A DNA stretch of 56,846 nt from Gammaproteobacteria bacterium (GTDB lineage Bacteria > Pseudomonadota > Gammaproteobacteria > Methylococcales > DRLZ01): positions 1 to 56,846 of the forward strand of contig JAHZJL010000163.1 in NCBI GenBank assembly GCA_022600935.1, written 5' to 3'. The notes beneath the pieces are model-generated. The model was given only the letters and a program-made list of their open reading frames with translations, ran no database searches and had not been told where the DNA came from. The position numbers and the translations under genes were made by a program. Shown one piece after another: positions 36,686-46,374 of the stretch (within the stretch, counting starts at the first letter, position 1; every line of letters starts with the position of its first letter).

Positions 36686-38034
36686 TGAAACGATCATTGC
36701 TAATTATTGAAGACGATCTTGGTTTACAGAATCAGCTCAAATGGAGTTTTGATGCCTACGAAGTCAGAACCGCTGATGATCGTGAATCGGCGATTGACAT
36801 TGTCAAAAAACATCAGCCTGCAGTGATTACACTGGATTTGGGATTGCCGCCAGATCCTGGAGGAGTCAGCCAGGGTTTTGAAACTTTAAAAGCAATTCAA
36901 TCCATATCACCATATAGCAAGGTCATCGTGATTACGGGCAATGATCAGTCAGATGTACCTGTCAAGTCGATTGCTCAGGGTGCATATGATTATTATCAGA
37001 AACCAATTGACCCGGATATGCTGGGATTGGTGATTGACCGGGCTTTCAAGTTATTCGATCTCGAAGAAGAGAATCGTAAATTATTACGACTTGACGTGAC
37101 TAATCCACTGGATGGAATTATAGCAGTTAGTCCTGAAATGCATGCGGTTTGCAGAACTGTTGAACGTGTTGCTGAAACCGATATTACAACCCTGGTTCTT
37201 GGTGAGAGTGGCACCGGAAAGGATGTTATTGCACGTGCAATTCATCGCAACAGCGCTCGGGTTAAACAGCCGTTTATTGCGGTCAATTCAGCTGCAATTC
37301 CGGAAAACCTGCTGGAAAGTGAGTTGTTCGGGCATGAAAAAGGGGCGTTTACCGGGGCAGATCGACAGGTCAAGGGCAAAGTGGAATTGGCTGATGGTGG
37401 CACATTTTTTCTGGATGAAATTGGCGATATTCCCATGTCACTGCAACCAAAACTGCTGCGCTTTCTGCAGGAACGTATCATTGAGCGTGTTGGTGGGCGC
37501 ACTGAAATTCCGGTTGATGTCCGGGTTATCTGCGCAACTCATCAGAATTTGGAGCAACTGATCAAGGAAGGTAAATTCAGGCAGGATCTGTTTTATCGAA
37601 TTAACGAAATCACAATTCAAGTGCCACCTTTGAATCAGCGCCGTGGTGATATCAGAGTCCTGGCTAACGCGTTTATGCAACGTTACGCCCACGAAATGAA
37701 GAGGAATTTAAGTGGTTTTACTGATACGGCATTATCAGCCATGGAAGCTTATGACTGGCCGGGTAACGTTCGGGAACTGGAAAGCCGGGTCAAGCGCGCG
37801 GTATTGATGTCAACCACAACACAGGTAACAGAGCAGGATCTCGAGCTCAAAAATGACGGGGAAATCACTCAAACAATCAAACCATTGAGAGAAATTCGTA
37901 ATACAGCTGAACGAAAAGCTATCGTCAACGCATTGGCAGAAGCAGGAGGGAATGTCTCAAAAGCCGCTGAACTGCTGGAAATTACCCGCCCAACTTTGTA
38001 TTCATTGCTCAACAAATTTGACTTGAAAGTATGA
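36685..38034 (+). CDS. prsR: PEP-CTERM-box sigma-54-dependent response regulator PrsR
   Basis: The receiver domain has the characteristic LLIIEDDLGLQNQLKW and LDLGLPPDP strings. The AAA+ core has GESGTGKD and [17 protein letters not shown]-terminal Fis-type HTH is present. Confidence 0.8.
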   Translation: MKRSLLIIEDDLGLQNQLKWSFDAYEVRTADDRESAIDIVKKHQPAVITLDLGLPPDPGGVSQGFETLKAIQSISPYSKVIVITGNDQSDVPVKSIAQGAYDYYQKPIDPDMLGLVIDRAFKLFDLEEENRKLLRLDVTNPLDGIIAVSPEMHAVCRTVERVAETDITTLVLGESGTGKDVIARAIHRNSARVKQPFIAVNSAAIPENLLESELFGHEKGAFTGADRQVKGKVELADGGTFFLDEIGDIPMSLQPKLLRFLQERIIERVGGRTEIPVDVRVICATHQNLEQLIKEGKFRQDLFYRINEITIQVPPLNQRRGDIRVLANAFMQRYAHEMKRNLSGFTDTALSAMEAYDWPGNVRELESRVKRAVLMSTTTQVTEQDLELKNDGEITQTIKPLREIRNTAERKAIVNALAEAGGNVSKAAELLEITRPTLYSLLNKFDLKV

Positions 38035-38072
38035 GTTGAACTGCTGATTGATTTAAATTAAATGGTATATAC

Positions 38073-38106
38073 AAAAAAGCCCGGTTAACAGTAACCGGGC
38101 TTTTTT
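38073..38106. terminator. Bidirectional rho-independent terminator between prsR and rne
   Basis: The sequence reads AAAAAAGCCCGGTTA-ACAG-TAACCGGGCTTTTTT, a 10-bp stem flanked by A- and T-runs between convergent genes. Confidence 0.75.
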
Positions 38107-38146
38107 GTGGTTTGTTGGCAGTGAGAAAAAAAACCTTACAATAGGC

Positions 38147-40231
38147 TTAACTGGTTTCTGAAAGATCTGTTGCAGTTTCTTTTCTGCGTGATTGGCGTCG
38201 TCTGCTGCTATGGTTGGAACGTCTTCGGTGACGGTTTACGGGCTGTTTCTCAGTAAATTCAGCTGATTCCGGCTGCGTATTTGCAACGGTGTTCACAGCG
38301 ACTTTTCTGGGTCTGCTATGTTTGTTGCGCCTGTTAAACGCAGATTTTTTTGCATGAACAGGCTGGTTTTTGACTGTTTCAGACTCTGTGTTGGCTTCTA
38401 CAGTCTGGTTATTTTTGTTGGCTCTGGATTTACGTGGTGACTTTTCAGTGCTGTCGTTTTTGCGCGATCTCGAGCGGCTTTTGGTGACAGGTTCCTTGAC
38501 TTTTCTGGGTGTTTTAGCAGCTTTTTTCCTGGTTTTCGGGCTTGCTTCCTGGACTTCATTACCCAGTAGTTTACGCCAGAACCGTTTTAGCAGGCCTTCT
38601 GATGTCTCTTTTCGCTGAACAGGGGCTGGAGATTCGGGCAGAAAATCCTTGATTGCCGGTTCTTCGATTGTTTTGGCGGACTTCTCGACAAACTCAGGAA
38701 GTTGTTTTTCCGGCACATGAATTTGGTCATAACTTGCTTGTCCTTCTTGACCAGCATCAGAAGCTTTGATGCGCTGAACTTCGAAATCCTGTGTGGCATC
38801 ATCCAGATTGGGCAAAATGATGATTGAGATATCATTTCTTTTTTCAATTTGCTCGATGTCACTGCGTTTTTCATTCAGCAAATAAGTCGAAGCATCAATC
38901 GGTACCCGAATAATGATTTTCCCGGTTTGTTTCTTTAACGATTCTTCGTGGATAATACGCAAAACCGACAGCGCCAGTGATTCAACACTACGAATTGTAC
39001 CGTGTCCCTTGCACCTTGGGCAGCTCAACTGGCTGGATTCGCCTAATGACGGGCGAATGCGTTGTCGTGACATTTCCAGCAAACCGAAGCGCGAGATGCG
39101 GCCGATTTGCACACGTGCGCGGTCAATCTTGACAGCATCGCGCAAACGATTTTCAACAGCTTTTTGATTTTTGGATGCTGTCATATCGATAAAATCGATG
39201 ACAAACAGGCCGCCCAAATCACGCAAACGCAGCTGCCGTGCAATTTCATCTGCGGCTTCCAGATTGGTATTCAGAGCAGTATCCTCAATATCAGAGCCTT
39301 TGGTGGATTTGGCTGAATTGATGTCGATTGACGTTAAAGCTTCAGTATGATCAATGACAATGGTGCCACCGGAAGGCAGCAGAACATTGCGTTGATAAGC
39401 AGTTTCGATCTGACTTTCGATCTGATAACGACTGAACAGTGGTATGTTGTCATCATACAGCGTGGCTTTTTCACTGAACGACGGCATGACTTGTTCAAGA
39501 AAATTTCGAGCCAGCCGAAATGTTGGTGGGTGGTCGATAATGATCTCGTCGACATCACCACGCAAATGATCACGCAGAGCGCAGATCACCACATTGCTTT
39601 CCTGAAATATCAGGTAGGGAGCCTTGCGTTCTCTGGCAGAACCATCGATTGCCTCACTCAGTCTGAGCAGATAATTGAGGTCCCACTGCAATTCTTCCTG
39701 AGATTTTCCGCTCCCTGCGGTGCGGATAATCAAACCCATGCCTTCCGGGACTTCCAGGCTGCCTAATAAATCACGGAGATCGTCCCTGGCATCACGCTCG
39801 ATGCGTCTGGAAATACCTCCGGCACGCGGGTTGTTCGGCATTAAAACAAGATAACTACCCGCCAGTGCCACGTAAGTCGTTAAAGCAGCGCCTTTATTGC
39901 CGCGCTCTTCCTTTTCAATCTGGACGATGACTTCCTGGCCTACTTTTAAGTGATCTTTTACAGTGGCCCGGGTAACCTGTTCAGGATTTTTGGTATTGAA
40001 GTATTGCTGGGAGATTTCCTTGAACGGCAAAAACCCGTGCCTGGTCGAGCCATAATCCACGAATACAGCTTCAAGGCTGGGTTCGATCCGGGTAATTATA
40101 CCTTTGTAAATGTTTGATTTTTTTTGTTCTTTTGAGGGAACTTCGATGTCAAAATCATACAGTTTCTGACCATCAACCAGAGCAACTCTTAATTCCTCTG
40201 GCTGAGTGGCATTAATCAGCATTTTATTCAT
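38147..40231 (-). CDS. rne: Ribonuclease E
   Basis: The N-terminus [30 protein letters not shown] nearly matches E. coli RNase E. An S1 domain and catalytic core are followed by an Arg/Lys/Ser-rich low-complexity C-terminal scaffold. At 694 aa it is shorter than the E. coli protein. Confidence 0.85.
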   Translation of the reverse strand: MNKMLINATQPEELRVALVDGQKLYDFDIEVPSKEQKKSNIYKGIITRIEPSLEAVFVDYGSTRHGFLPFKEISQQYFNTKNPEQVTRATVKDHLKVGQEVIVQIEKEERGNKGAALTTYVALAGSYLVLMPNNPRAGGISRRIERDARDDLRDLLGSLEVPEGMGLIIRTAGSGKSQEELQWDLNYLLRLSEAIDGSARERKAPYLIFQESNVVICALRDHLRGDVDEIIIDHPPTFRLARNFLEQVMPSFSEKATLYDDNIPLFSRYQIESQIETAYQRNVLLPSGGTIVIDHTEALTSIDINSAKSTKGSDIEDTALNTNLEAADEIARQLRLRDLGGLFVIDFIDMTASKNQKAVENRLRDAVKIDRARVQIGRISRFGLLEMSRQRIRPSLGESSQLSCPRCKGHGTIRSVESLALSVLRIIHEESLKKQTGKIIIRVPIDASTYLLNEKRSDIEQIEKRNDISIIILPNLDDATQDFEVQRIKASDAGQEGQASYDQIHVPEKQLPEFVEKSAKTIEEPAIKDFLPESPAPVQRKETSEGLLKRFWRKLLGNEVQEASPKTRKKAAKTPRKVKEPVTKSRSRSRKNDSTEKSPRKSRANKNNQTVEANTESETVKNQPVHAKKSAFNRRNKHSRPRKVAVNTVANTQPESAEFTEKQPVNRHRRRSNHSSRRRQSRRKETATDLSETS

Positions 40232-41254
40232 GTTAAAAACGCAATCCTTAGTAGCGATTAGCGTCCCGTCTTTTTTTTTGCAACAGTCGAGTATTGTCGT
40301 TGTTCTCGATCAGGTAAAATTAACCTCCTGATACACCAGTCAATTGACTGGTGGTTTTCAAACTCCTGTGCATCTTGATGTTAATGAATGCTGTGCCGGA
40401 GTTCGATGAATTGCTATGATAATCAGTCGGGATGCTTGTTGTGTTTGTTAATTTGGTTAAGTCGTGTTGGCTCAATGTAACAACGTCTTATGATATTGTT
40501 CTGGAATGCCTGCGTATTCCGCCTATCATGCGAGGCCTGTGAGTTAACAAAGGACTCGTGATGTTTACTTCGATGTGAGCGGTCACTTTGTACGGCTCAA
40601 TCAATCAGTAAACCTGTCTGTCAGCGTATTTCGTTGTAACAGAGCCTTGGTAAAGAATGTTTTTCAAACACCGGATCAAGTGTTTTCTGGTGTTTGTGTC
40701 GGTGCATTGGAGTTAATCAAACTGAGTTCGATCAGGTGACATCGTTCAGTTCTGCTGGAAATCAACCGCATGGGTAATCAAATTCGCGGTGTACACAGCA
40801 ACTCTTGTGTTAGACAGGTTCTGGTATAGTCCCTGAATGGCGACTTTTTCTTTAACCGAAAAGCACACTATAGCAATGTTCTTGTAAGGTATCAATTAAG
40901 ATAATCGCGAATCTTGTTGTTTTTTAAGCACACAAGGTGTGTGATTCCCGGAATCTTTGATCTGTGTCAGAAATGGACTGTCATTTGCTCATGGCGGAAT
41001 AACAGAAAAAATACAACAATCCGGGATGTGTATTATCAAAAATTTTAAGTTAACCGGATATCAAACTATTTTGCCTGATATCAGCCATAATACATTGATA
41101 CAAGTTTAAAAAGCTGACTGGTCATTTCAAAGTATCAATAACACCGCTCAATACAAAAACTTTTCACATGGACATTTTTTTTCAGACATCTCCTGATTTG
41201 ATCGACATGATGACAATGATACGTCTTAAGTCGATTTTAAAATATGTTTTCTAA
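40232..41254 (-). promoter_or_regulatory. Long rne leader and divergent rne/rluC promoter region
   Basis: About 1 kb without a credible ORF separates divergent rne and rluC, the same synteny as E. coli, where the rne 5' UTR is autoregulatory. It contains a perfect 20-bp palindrome at 40334-40353 and further hairpins. Confidence 0.4.
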
Positions 41255-42205
41255 ATGACTACAGTGCAAAAAAACAAGAACAATGTCACTTACATACAGA
41301 TCGATGCAGATCGTGACGGTCAGCGCATCGATAATTTCTTGCTGAATGTTCTCAAAGGGGTTCCCAAACAACATATTTACCGGATACTGCGTCGGGGTGA
41401 AGTGCGGGTAAACAGTAAACGCATCAAGCCCTTCTATCGATTGCAAACAGCAGATTCAGTGCGAATTCCCCCCATTCATATTGCGACAATACAGTCTTCA
41501 ACTGTGCCGAATGAAATTGATCACGACTGGCTGGAATCCCGTATTCTTTATGAAGATCAAGCTTTGCTAGCTTTGAACAAACCTGCCGGCATTCCGGTTC
41601 ACGGAGGAACAGGTCAACAATGTGGAGTTATCGAAGCATTACGGGTGATTCGTCAGCAGGATCGTTTTTTGGAACTGGTTCACAGGTTGGACCTGGAAAC
41701 TTCCGGATGTCTATTAATCGCCAAAAAACGCTCTGCGCTACGGGGCTTGCATGATCAATTTCGCAGCAGCCAAGTCAAAAAAATTTACCAGGCTTTGCTG
41801 GCAGGACAGGTCCAGCAGGATGAACAGGTGATTGATGCGCCGATTCGAGTCGATCGAACCCAGACTGGCGCTCGCAAAGTGACTGTGTCCGATCTGGGTA
41901 AACAGGCATTGACCGGAATTCGTTGCCTGCACACTGGGGCCGGGTTTACACATGTTGAATGCCAGTTGTTTAGCGGACGCACCCATCAGATCCGGGTTCA
42001 TTGTCAGTCGATCGGGCATCCGATTATCGGTGACCAGCGTTATGGAAATGCGGTTGTCAATCGCAAAGCCATGCAACAAGGATTAAAACGACAGTTTCTG
42101 CATGCTTCGTGTTTAACGTTTAAACACCCTGTGAGTCAGGAATCCATGTCTGTTGAGTGTGTTCTGGACAGTGATTTACAGAGTTTTCTGGACAGAGTGT
42201 TGTGA
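41255..42205 (+). CDS. rluC: 23S rRNA pseudouridine synthase RluC (RluA family)
   Basis: It has an N-terminal S4 domain and the catalytic motif HRLDLETSG. Its position divergent from rne fits rluC. Confidence 0.8.
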   Translation: MTTVQKNKNNVTYIQIDADRDGQRIDNFLLNVLKGVPKQHIYRILRRGEVRVNSKRIKPFYRLQTADSVRIPPIHIATIQSSTVPNEIDHDWLESRILYEDQALLALNKPAGIPVHGGTGQQCGVIEALRVIRQQDRFLELVHRLDLETSGCLLIAKKRSALRGLHDQFRSSQVKKIYQALLAGQVQQDEQVIDAPIRVDRTQTGARKVTVSDLGKQALTGIRCLHTGAGFTHVECQLFSGRTHQIRVHCQSIGHPIIGDQRYGNAVVNRKAMQQGLKRQFLHASCLTFKHPVSQESMSVECVLDSDLQSFLDRVL

Positions 42206-42258
42206 CAAGTTCAAATTATATTTGCATTGGATTGAGGGAAAAACGGCTCATCGAATCC

Positions 42259-43275
42259 TTATAGATAGCGAACTTCACTGGCGGATGGACTATCAACCAG
42301 TTTACCAATTAACCGCGCGTCATAGTCGTTGTTGTGCAGGATATCCAGGCATTGTCTTTCATCACTTTGATCAATGCAGACGATCATGCCGATTCCGCAG
42401 TTGAATGTGCGCAACATTTCATTGGTTTCAATATTACCTTGCTCCTGAAGCCAGGTAAAAATTGCAGGCAGGGTAAGCGAGCTTGATTTCAGTTCAGCAC
42501 TGATGCCTTTGGGCAGAATTCTTGGCAGGTTTTCAGTGATGCCACCGCCGGTAATATGTGCCAGACCTTTAACCTGGATGTCTTGCTGCAAATTCTGAAC
42601 AGCATTGACGTAAATGCGGGTCGGTGCCAGCAACAAATCGGCAAGAGGCTTGTTTTGCAAGGTGTCAGACAAATTAATATTGTTTGAAGAGATTACCGAC
42701 CGTATCAACGAATAGCCATTGGAATGTGGCCCTGATGATGTAATACCGATCAGACTGTCACCAGGTTTGATGGCTGAGCCGTCAATAATCGCATCTTTTT
42801 CCACGATGCCGACACAGAATCCGGCAAGATCATATTCACCTCCCTGATACATGCCCGGCATTTCAGCAGTTTCACCGCCGATCAATGCCATCCCGGATTG
42901 CTGACAACCTTCTGCAATGCCTTGAATGACGGCGCTGGCAACGTCGATATCAAGCTTACCGGTTGCATAATAATCCAGAAAATACAGAGGTTTCGCGCCG
43001 CACACGATGACATCGTTAACACACATACCGACTAGGTCGATACCTACTGAAGCATGATGACCCAGTTCCAGAGCCAGTTTAAGTTTAGTGCCTACGCCAT
43101 CGGTGCCAGACACCAATACTGGATTGTTATATCCTTTGGGGATTTCGAATAATCCACCAAATCCACCGATACCTCCCAGAACACCTGGTGTTCTGGTTTG
43201 TTTGACAATGGGTTTGATCCGTTCGACCAGGGTGTTCCCGGCCTCGATATCGACACCGGCGCTACGGTAATCCAT
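42259..43275 (-). CDS. purM: Phosphoribosylformylglycinamidine cyclo-ligase (AIR synthetase)
   Basis: [19 protein letters not shown]...[14 protein letters not shown] closely parallels E. coli PurM. Confidence 0.9.
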   Translation of the reverse strand: MDYRSAGVDIEAGNTLVERIKPIVKQTRTPGVLGGIGGFGGLFEIPKGYNNPVLVSGTDGVGTKLKLALELGHHASVGIDLVGMCVNDVIVCGAKPLYFLDYYATGKLDIDVASAVIQGIAEGCQQSGMALIGGETAEMPGMYQGGEYDLAGFCVGIVEKDAIIDGSAIKPGDSLIGITSSGPHSNGYSLIRSVISSNNINLSDTLQNKPLADLLLAPTRIYVNAVQNLQQDIQVKGLAHITGGGITENLPRILPKGISAELKSSSLTLPAIFTWLQEQGNIETNEMLRTFNCGIGMIVCIDQSDERQCLDILHNNDYDARLIGKLVDSPSASEVRYL

Positions 43276-43468
43276 AAGTTTTCCCCGTGGATATCAATAC
43301 AGGTGTAATTTCAGGCATGATGTGTTTTATCAACAGTGCAGGTTCTTTAAATTGGTTATCAGCACCCTTCAATATTTAATGGATAAGTGTTGATTAATTC
43401 TCTGATTTCTCGATGTCATTAATCTGCAAATATCTCAGATAAATACTGAGGTGCAACGAATGTATCAG

Positions 43469-46072
43469 TCAGCCTTTCTGGGATTTGAGTTTTTGTAGCA
43501 GTTTATCAAAGGCTTTTTCCAGCGAAACATCCATCACTACTTCATCAGAAGCTGAAACGATAATTCTGGCCAGCTGCGGGATGGTGTTTTTTTCTGCCAG
43601 CAAATAGACCGGTTGGATATAGACCATGGTGTTACTGACCGGCAAAATGATCATATGGCCGAGTTTAACGGTCGAGCCCTGCTGGTTCCAGAGTGTAAAG
43701 TTTGCGGAAATTGTCGGATCCTGATGAATCAATGCATCAACCTGAGCAGGGCCGTTAACCTGTAACTGGGTTGGTACTTCGAGTGATGTCAGGTTTTGAG
43801 TCAAATGATTGTTTGCGCAAGTCTCCGGGTTCTGGGTGCCACCGATCAACAGTCCGGACAGGTTATTCCGATTAACCCAGGTCATCACTCCTATATGCAG
43901 AAATTGGGTGATGCCTCTGCACTCAGGGAGTTCCAGGCTTGTGGTCAGGTAATAAGGCGGCATTTTCTGATCGCCGATTTTAGCCAGTGACCATGTTTCA
44001 GCCTGTTGGTAGAAAACACTGGGGTCGGTCTGGTGATATCGGGCAAATATTTTAAGTTGATACTTAAAGAAATCCTCTGGATAGCGTAAGTGGGACTTTA
44101 ATTCGCCTGGCATTTCTGACAAAGGCTTGAAGATGCCTTGATACGCGCGCTGGTAGGCTTTGATAATTGGATCAGTCGGGTCGGACACATAGAATCGTAC
44201 CACTCCGTCATAGGCATTAATGATGATTTTGACCGAGTTACGCACGTAATTGAAGCGTCTTTGTTCGGCACCCTCAGCAGTATGAATCAGGGTCACTGAT
44301 GGTTTTGAGATCGGATACTGGTCAGAAAAAGTATACGCATCCTGAACCCAGTACAAGTAGTCTTTCCCACTGACCAGATATGGATCTTCATCAAGAACCA
44401 GCTCTGGTGCCAGGGCGTAGATACGGTCTTTGATATTGCGGCGCATGCGCAGTTTGCTTGTCGGATTCAGATCTGCGGACATGAAAATCAGCGGGTCACC
44501 AAAATAGACGGCAAACACGAGTTTGCGCCACACAGAGCCGATATGTATGCCACCTTCACCCAGATGGATGTGTTTGCTGGTGTCCTGGTCATCTGAACTG
44601 GGGATGCCAATAATATCCAGATCATTGGGAACAATCACATAAGGATAATTGCTTTCACCGTAATAGATGTCAGGATGTTTGGTTGACAGCCCGACACTGG
44701 AATTCATTGTGATATCGCGTACATACCACTGCATGGGAATATCGGCCTGTTGTGCAGCGGGTGACATGGCGTAACCGTAACCATGGGTATAGCGTAAATG
44801 AATGTTCTGCCAGGTATGAGACGACACAGGCAGTTTTTTCAGGTCGATTTCACGCGCACCCAGGTTGACCTGGTGCAGATACCCATCCATTAAGTAGCGG
44901 TCTTCGTCAATATTGAAAAAATGGAAATATGGCGTGATCGCCTGTAACTGGTTATAAACATCGTCAAGATATTGAGTGTCCCATAGCGGAATATTGTGGC
45001 TGAATTCTTTTTTCAAGCCGACAACAAGGTCATCATAACTGCTGGAATTCAGTGGAATGGACACTTGTTTGGTATGGTCCAGTTTGTATCCGTGCAGAGT
45101 GGCTTTGATATTGCTGTCGATATATTTTTTTTCCAGAGCGAACTGATTCGGCACCACAATGTAATCGTCAATGAATTTAGGGATGGCAGGAATCATTCTG
45201 AGCAGGAAAGACAAACCCAGAAAACCCAGTGAAATGAACAAAGGCCATTTACCTCGTTTGCCATCTGTCATGACCAGCATAATGGCTGCATAAGAAGTGA
45301 CGATAAAACTGATCACCGCGATCCAGATCAGGTTCAGCTCGATATTCATTTCAACCCAGCCGGGTCCGTAGAACAACGGCTCGTGTGCATTACTGTGTAA
45401 GAGGTTAAATCGTTGTAACAAAAAGCCCCATACTACCCATGCGCAGACAAAACCGATCAGGATGATGCGATGAACGGTTGCGCCGACAGGCAGATGTTTG
45501 CCGCGAGAAGATAACAGTCGCTGCTCCAGAAAATAGAGGAATGAGACACTGACGAACACGATGACTGCTGTCATCAAAAGCTCAAACTGGATGATTCTGA
45601 ATATCGGCAGCGAGAACAGGTAAAAGCTGATATCGTTGCCGTAAATATTTTCTCTGACTCCGGATTCAGGTCCGAATAAAAACAATAATGTTGATTGCCA
45701 GTCTTGAAAAAGCGGGATCACCATTAATACGGCTAACACAACTGACAACGGGGTATAAATCTCCATTGCACCGGTTTTGAATTTGTGAGCCAGTGATTTG
45801 GTTTCCTTGTCAGCATGAGACAATTCTGTGCCGAGATATATAGAGGCAATCCAGAAATGGATATAGAAGATCAGAAAAAACAGAATGGTTGCAATAAACG
45901 GAATTCCATACTGGTAAAAAATCCGTACCCAGAAATATCCGGAATAACCCATTGACTCAAACCATAAATACTCAACAATAAAATCCAGAATCAGGAAATA
46001 TCCAATCACATAGAAAATGATCAGTGAGATGAGTCCGATTCCGATCTTCCGGGTAATCGAGGTTTTAGCCAT
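43469..46072 (-). CDS. UPF0182 (COG1615) family large membrane protein
   Basis: 867 aa. About 7 N-terminal TM helices begin with the family-typical EYLWFESMGYSGYFW string, followed by a large soluble C-terminal region. Confidence 0.6.
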   Translation of the reverse strand: MAKTSITRKIGIGLISLIIFYVIGYFLILDFIVEYLWFESMGYSGYFWVRIFYQYGIPFIATILFFLIFYIHFWIASIYLGTELSHADKETKSLAHKFKTGAMEIYTPLSVVLAVLMVIPLFQDWQSTLLFLFGPESGVRENIYGNDISFYLFSLPIFRIIQFELLMTAVIVFVSVSFLYFLEQRLLSSRGKHLPVGATVHRIILIGFVCAWVVWGFLLQRFNLLHSNAHEPLFYGPGWVEMNIELNLIWIAVISFIVTSYAAIMLVMTDGKRGKWPLFISLGFLGLSFLLRMIPAIPKFIDDYIVVPNQFALEKKYIDSNIKATLHGYKLDHTKQVSIPLNSSSYDDLVVGLKKEFSHNIPLWDTQYLDDVYNQLQAITPYFHFFNIDEDRYLMDGYLHQVNLGAREIDLKKLPVSSHTWQNIHLRYTHGYGYAMSPAAQQADIPMQWYVRDITMNSSVGLSTKHPDIYYGESNYPYVIVPNDLDIIGIPSSDDQDTSKHIHLGEGGIHIGSVWRKLVFAVYFGDPLIFMSADLNPTSKLRMRRNIKDRIYALAPELVLDEDPYLVSGKDYLYWVQDAYTFSDQYPISKPSVTLIHTAEGAEQRRFNYVRNSVKIIINAYDGVVRFYVSDPTDPIIKAYQRAYQGIFKPLSEMPGELKSHLRYPEDFFKYQLKIFARYHQTDPSVFYQQAETWSLAKIGDQKMPPYYLTTSLELPECRGITQFLHIGVMTWVNRNNLSGLLIGGTQNPETCANNHLTQNLTSLEVPTQLQVNGPAQVDALIHQDPTISANFTLWNQQGSTVKLGHMIILPVSNTMVYIQPVYLLAEKNTIPQLARIIVSASDEVVMDVSLEKAFDKLLQKLKSQKG

Positions 46073-46374
46073 GTTTTTCGCTCCTGAAGCAAGTTTTACT
46101 GGATTGAGAACTCATTGTACGATAACTCTGTGATGACCAGTAGCCCGGGAAGCTGATTGGCGATACAAACAGATCTGTTGTAAATCCCTTGATAACGGCA
46201 TTTTTTTTAGTAAGGTTTAGTTGCTGGACCCGGAAACTTGCATTGAAGTATCAAAAAAATTCCCAATTATTCAATTACTTTTCGCTTAGGCAATGTTTAG
46301 CAGAAAGCTTTTGAAGGATAGCGATACATTCTGCTTACGCATGTCACCGATTCGTATGAGTCTGTTGTCTCCTG

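Noticed and set aside
46149-46160. GAAGCTGATTGG partially matches the MITE end.
   Set aside because: The match is 10 of 12 nt only, with no continuation and no inverted partner. It is probably chance.
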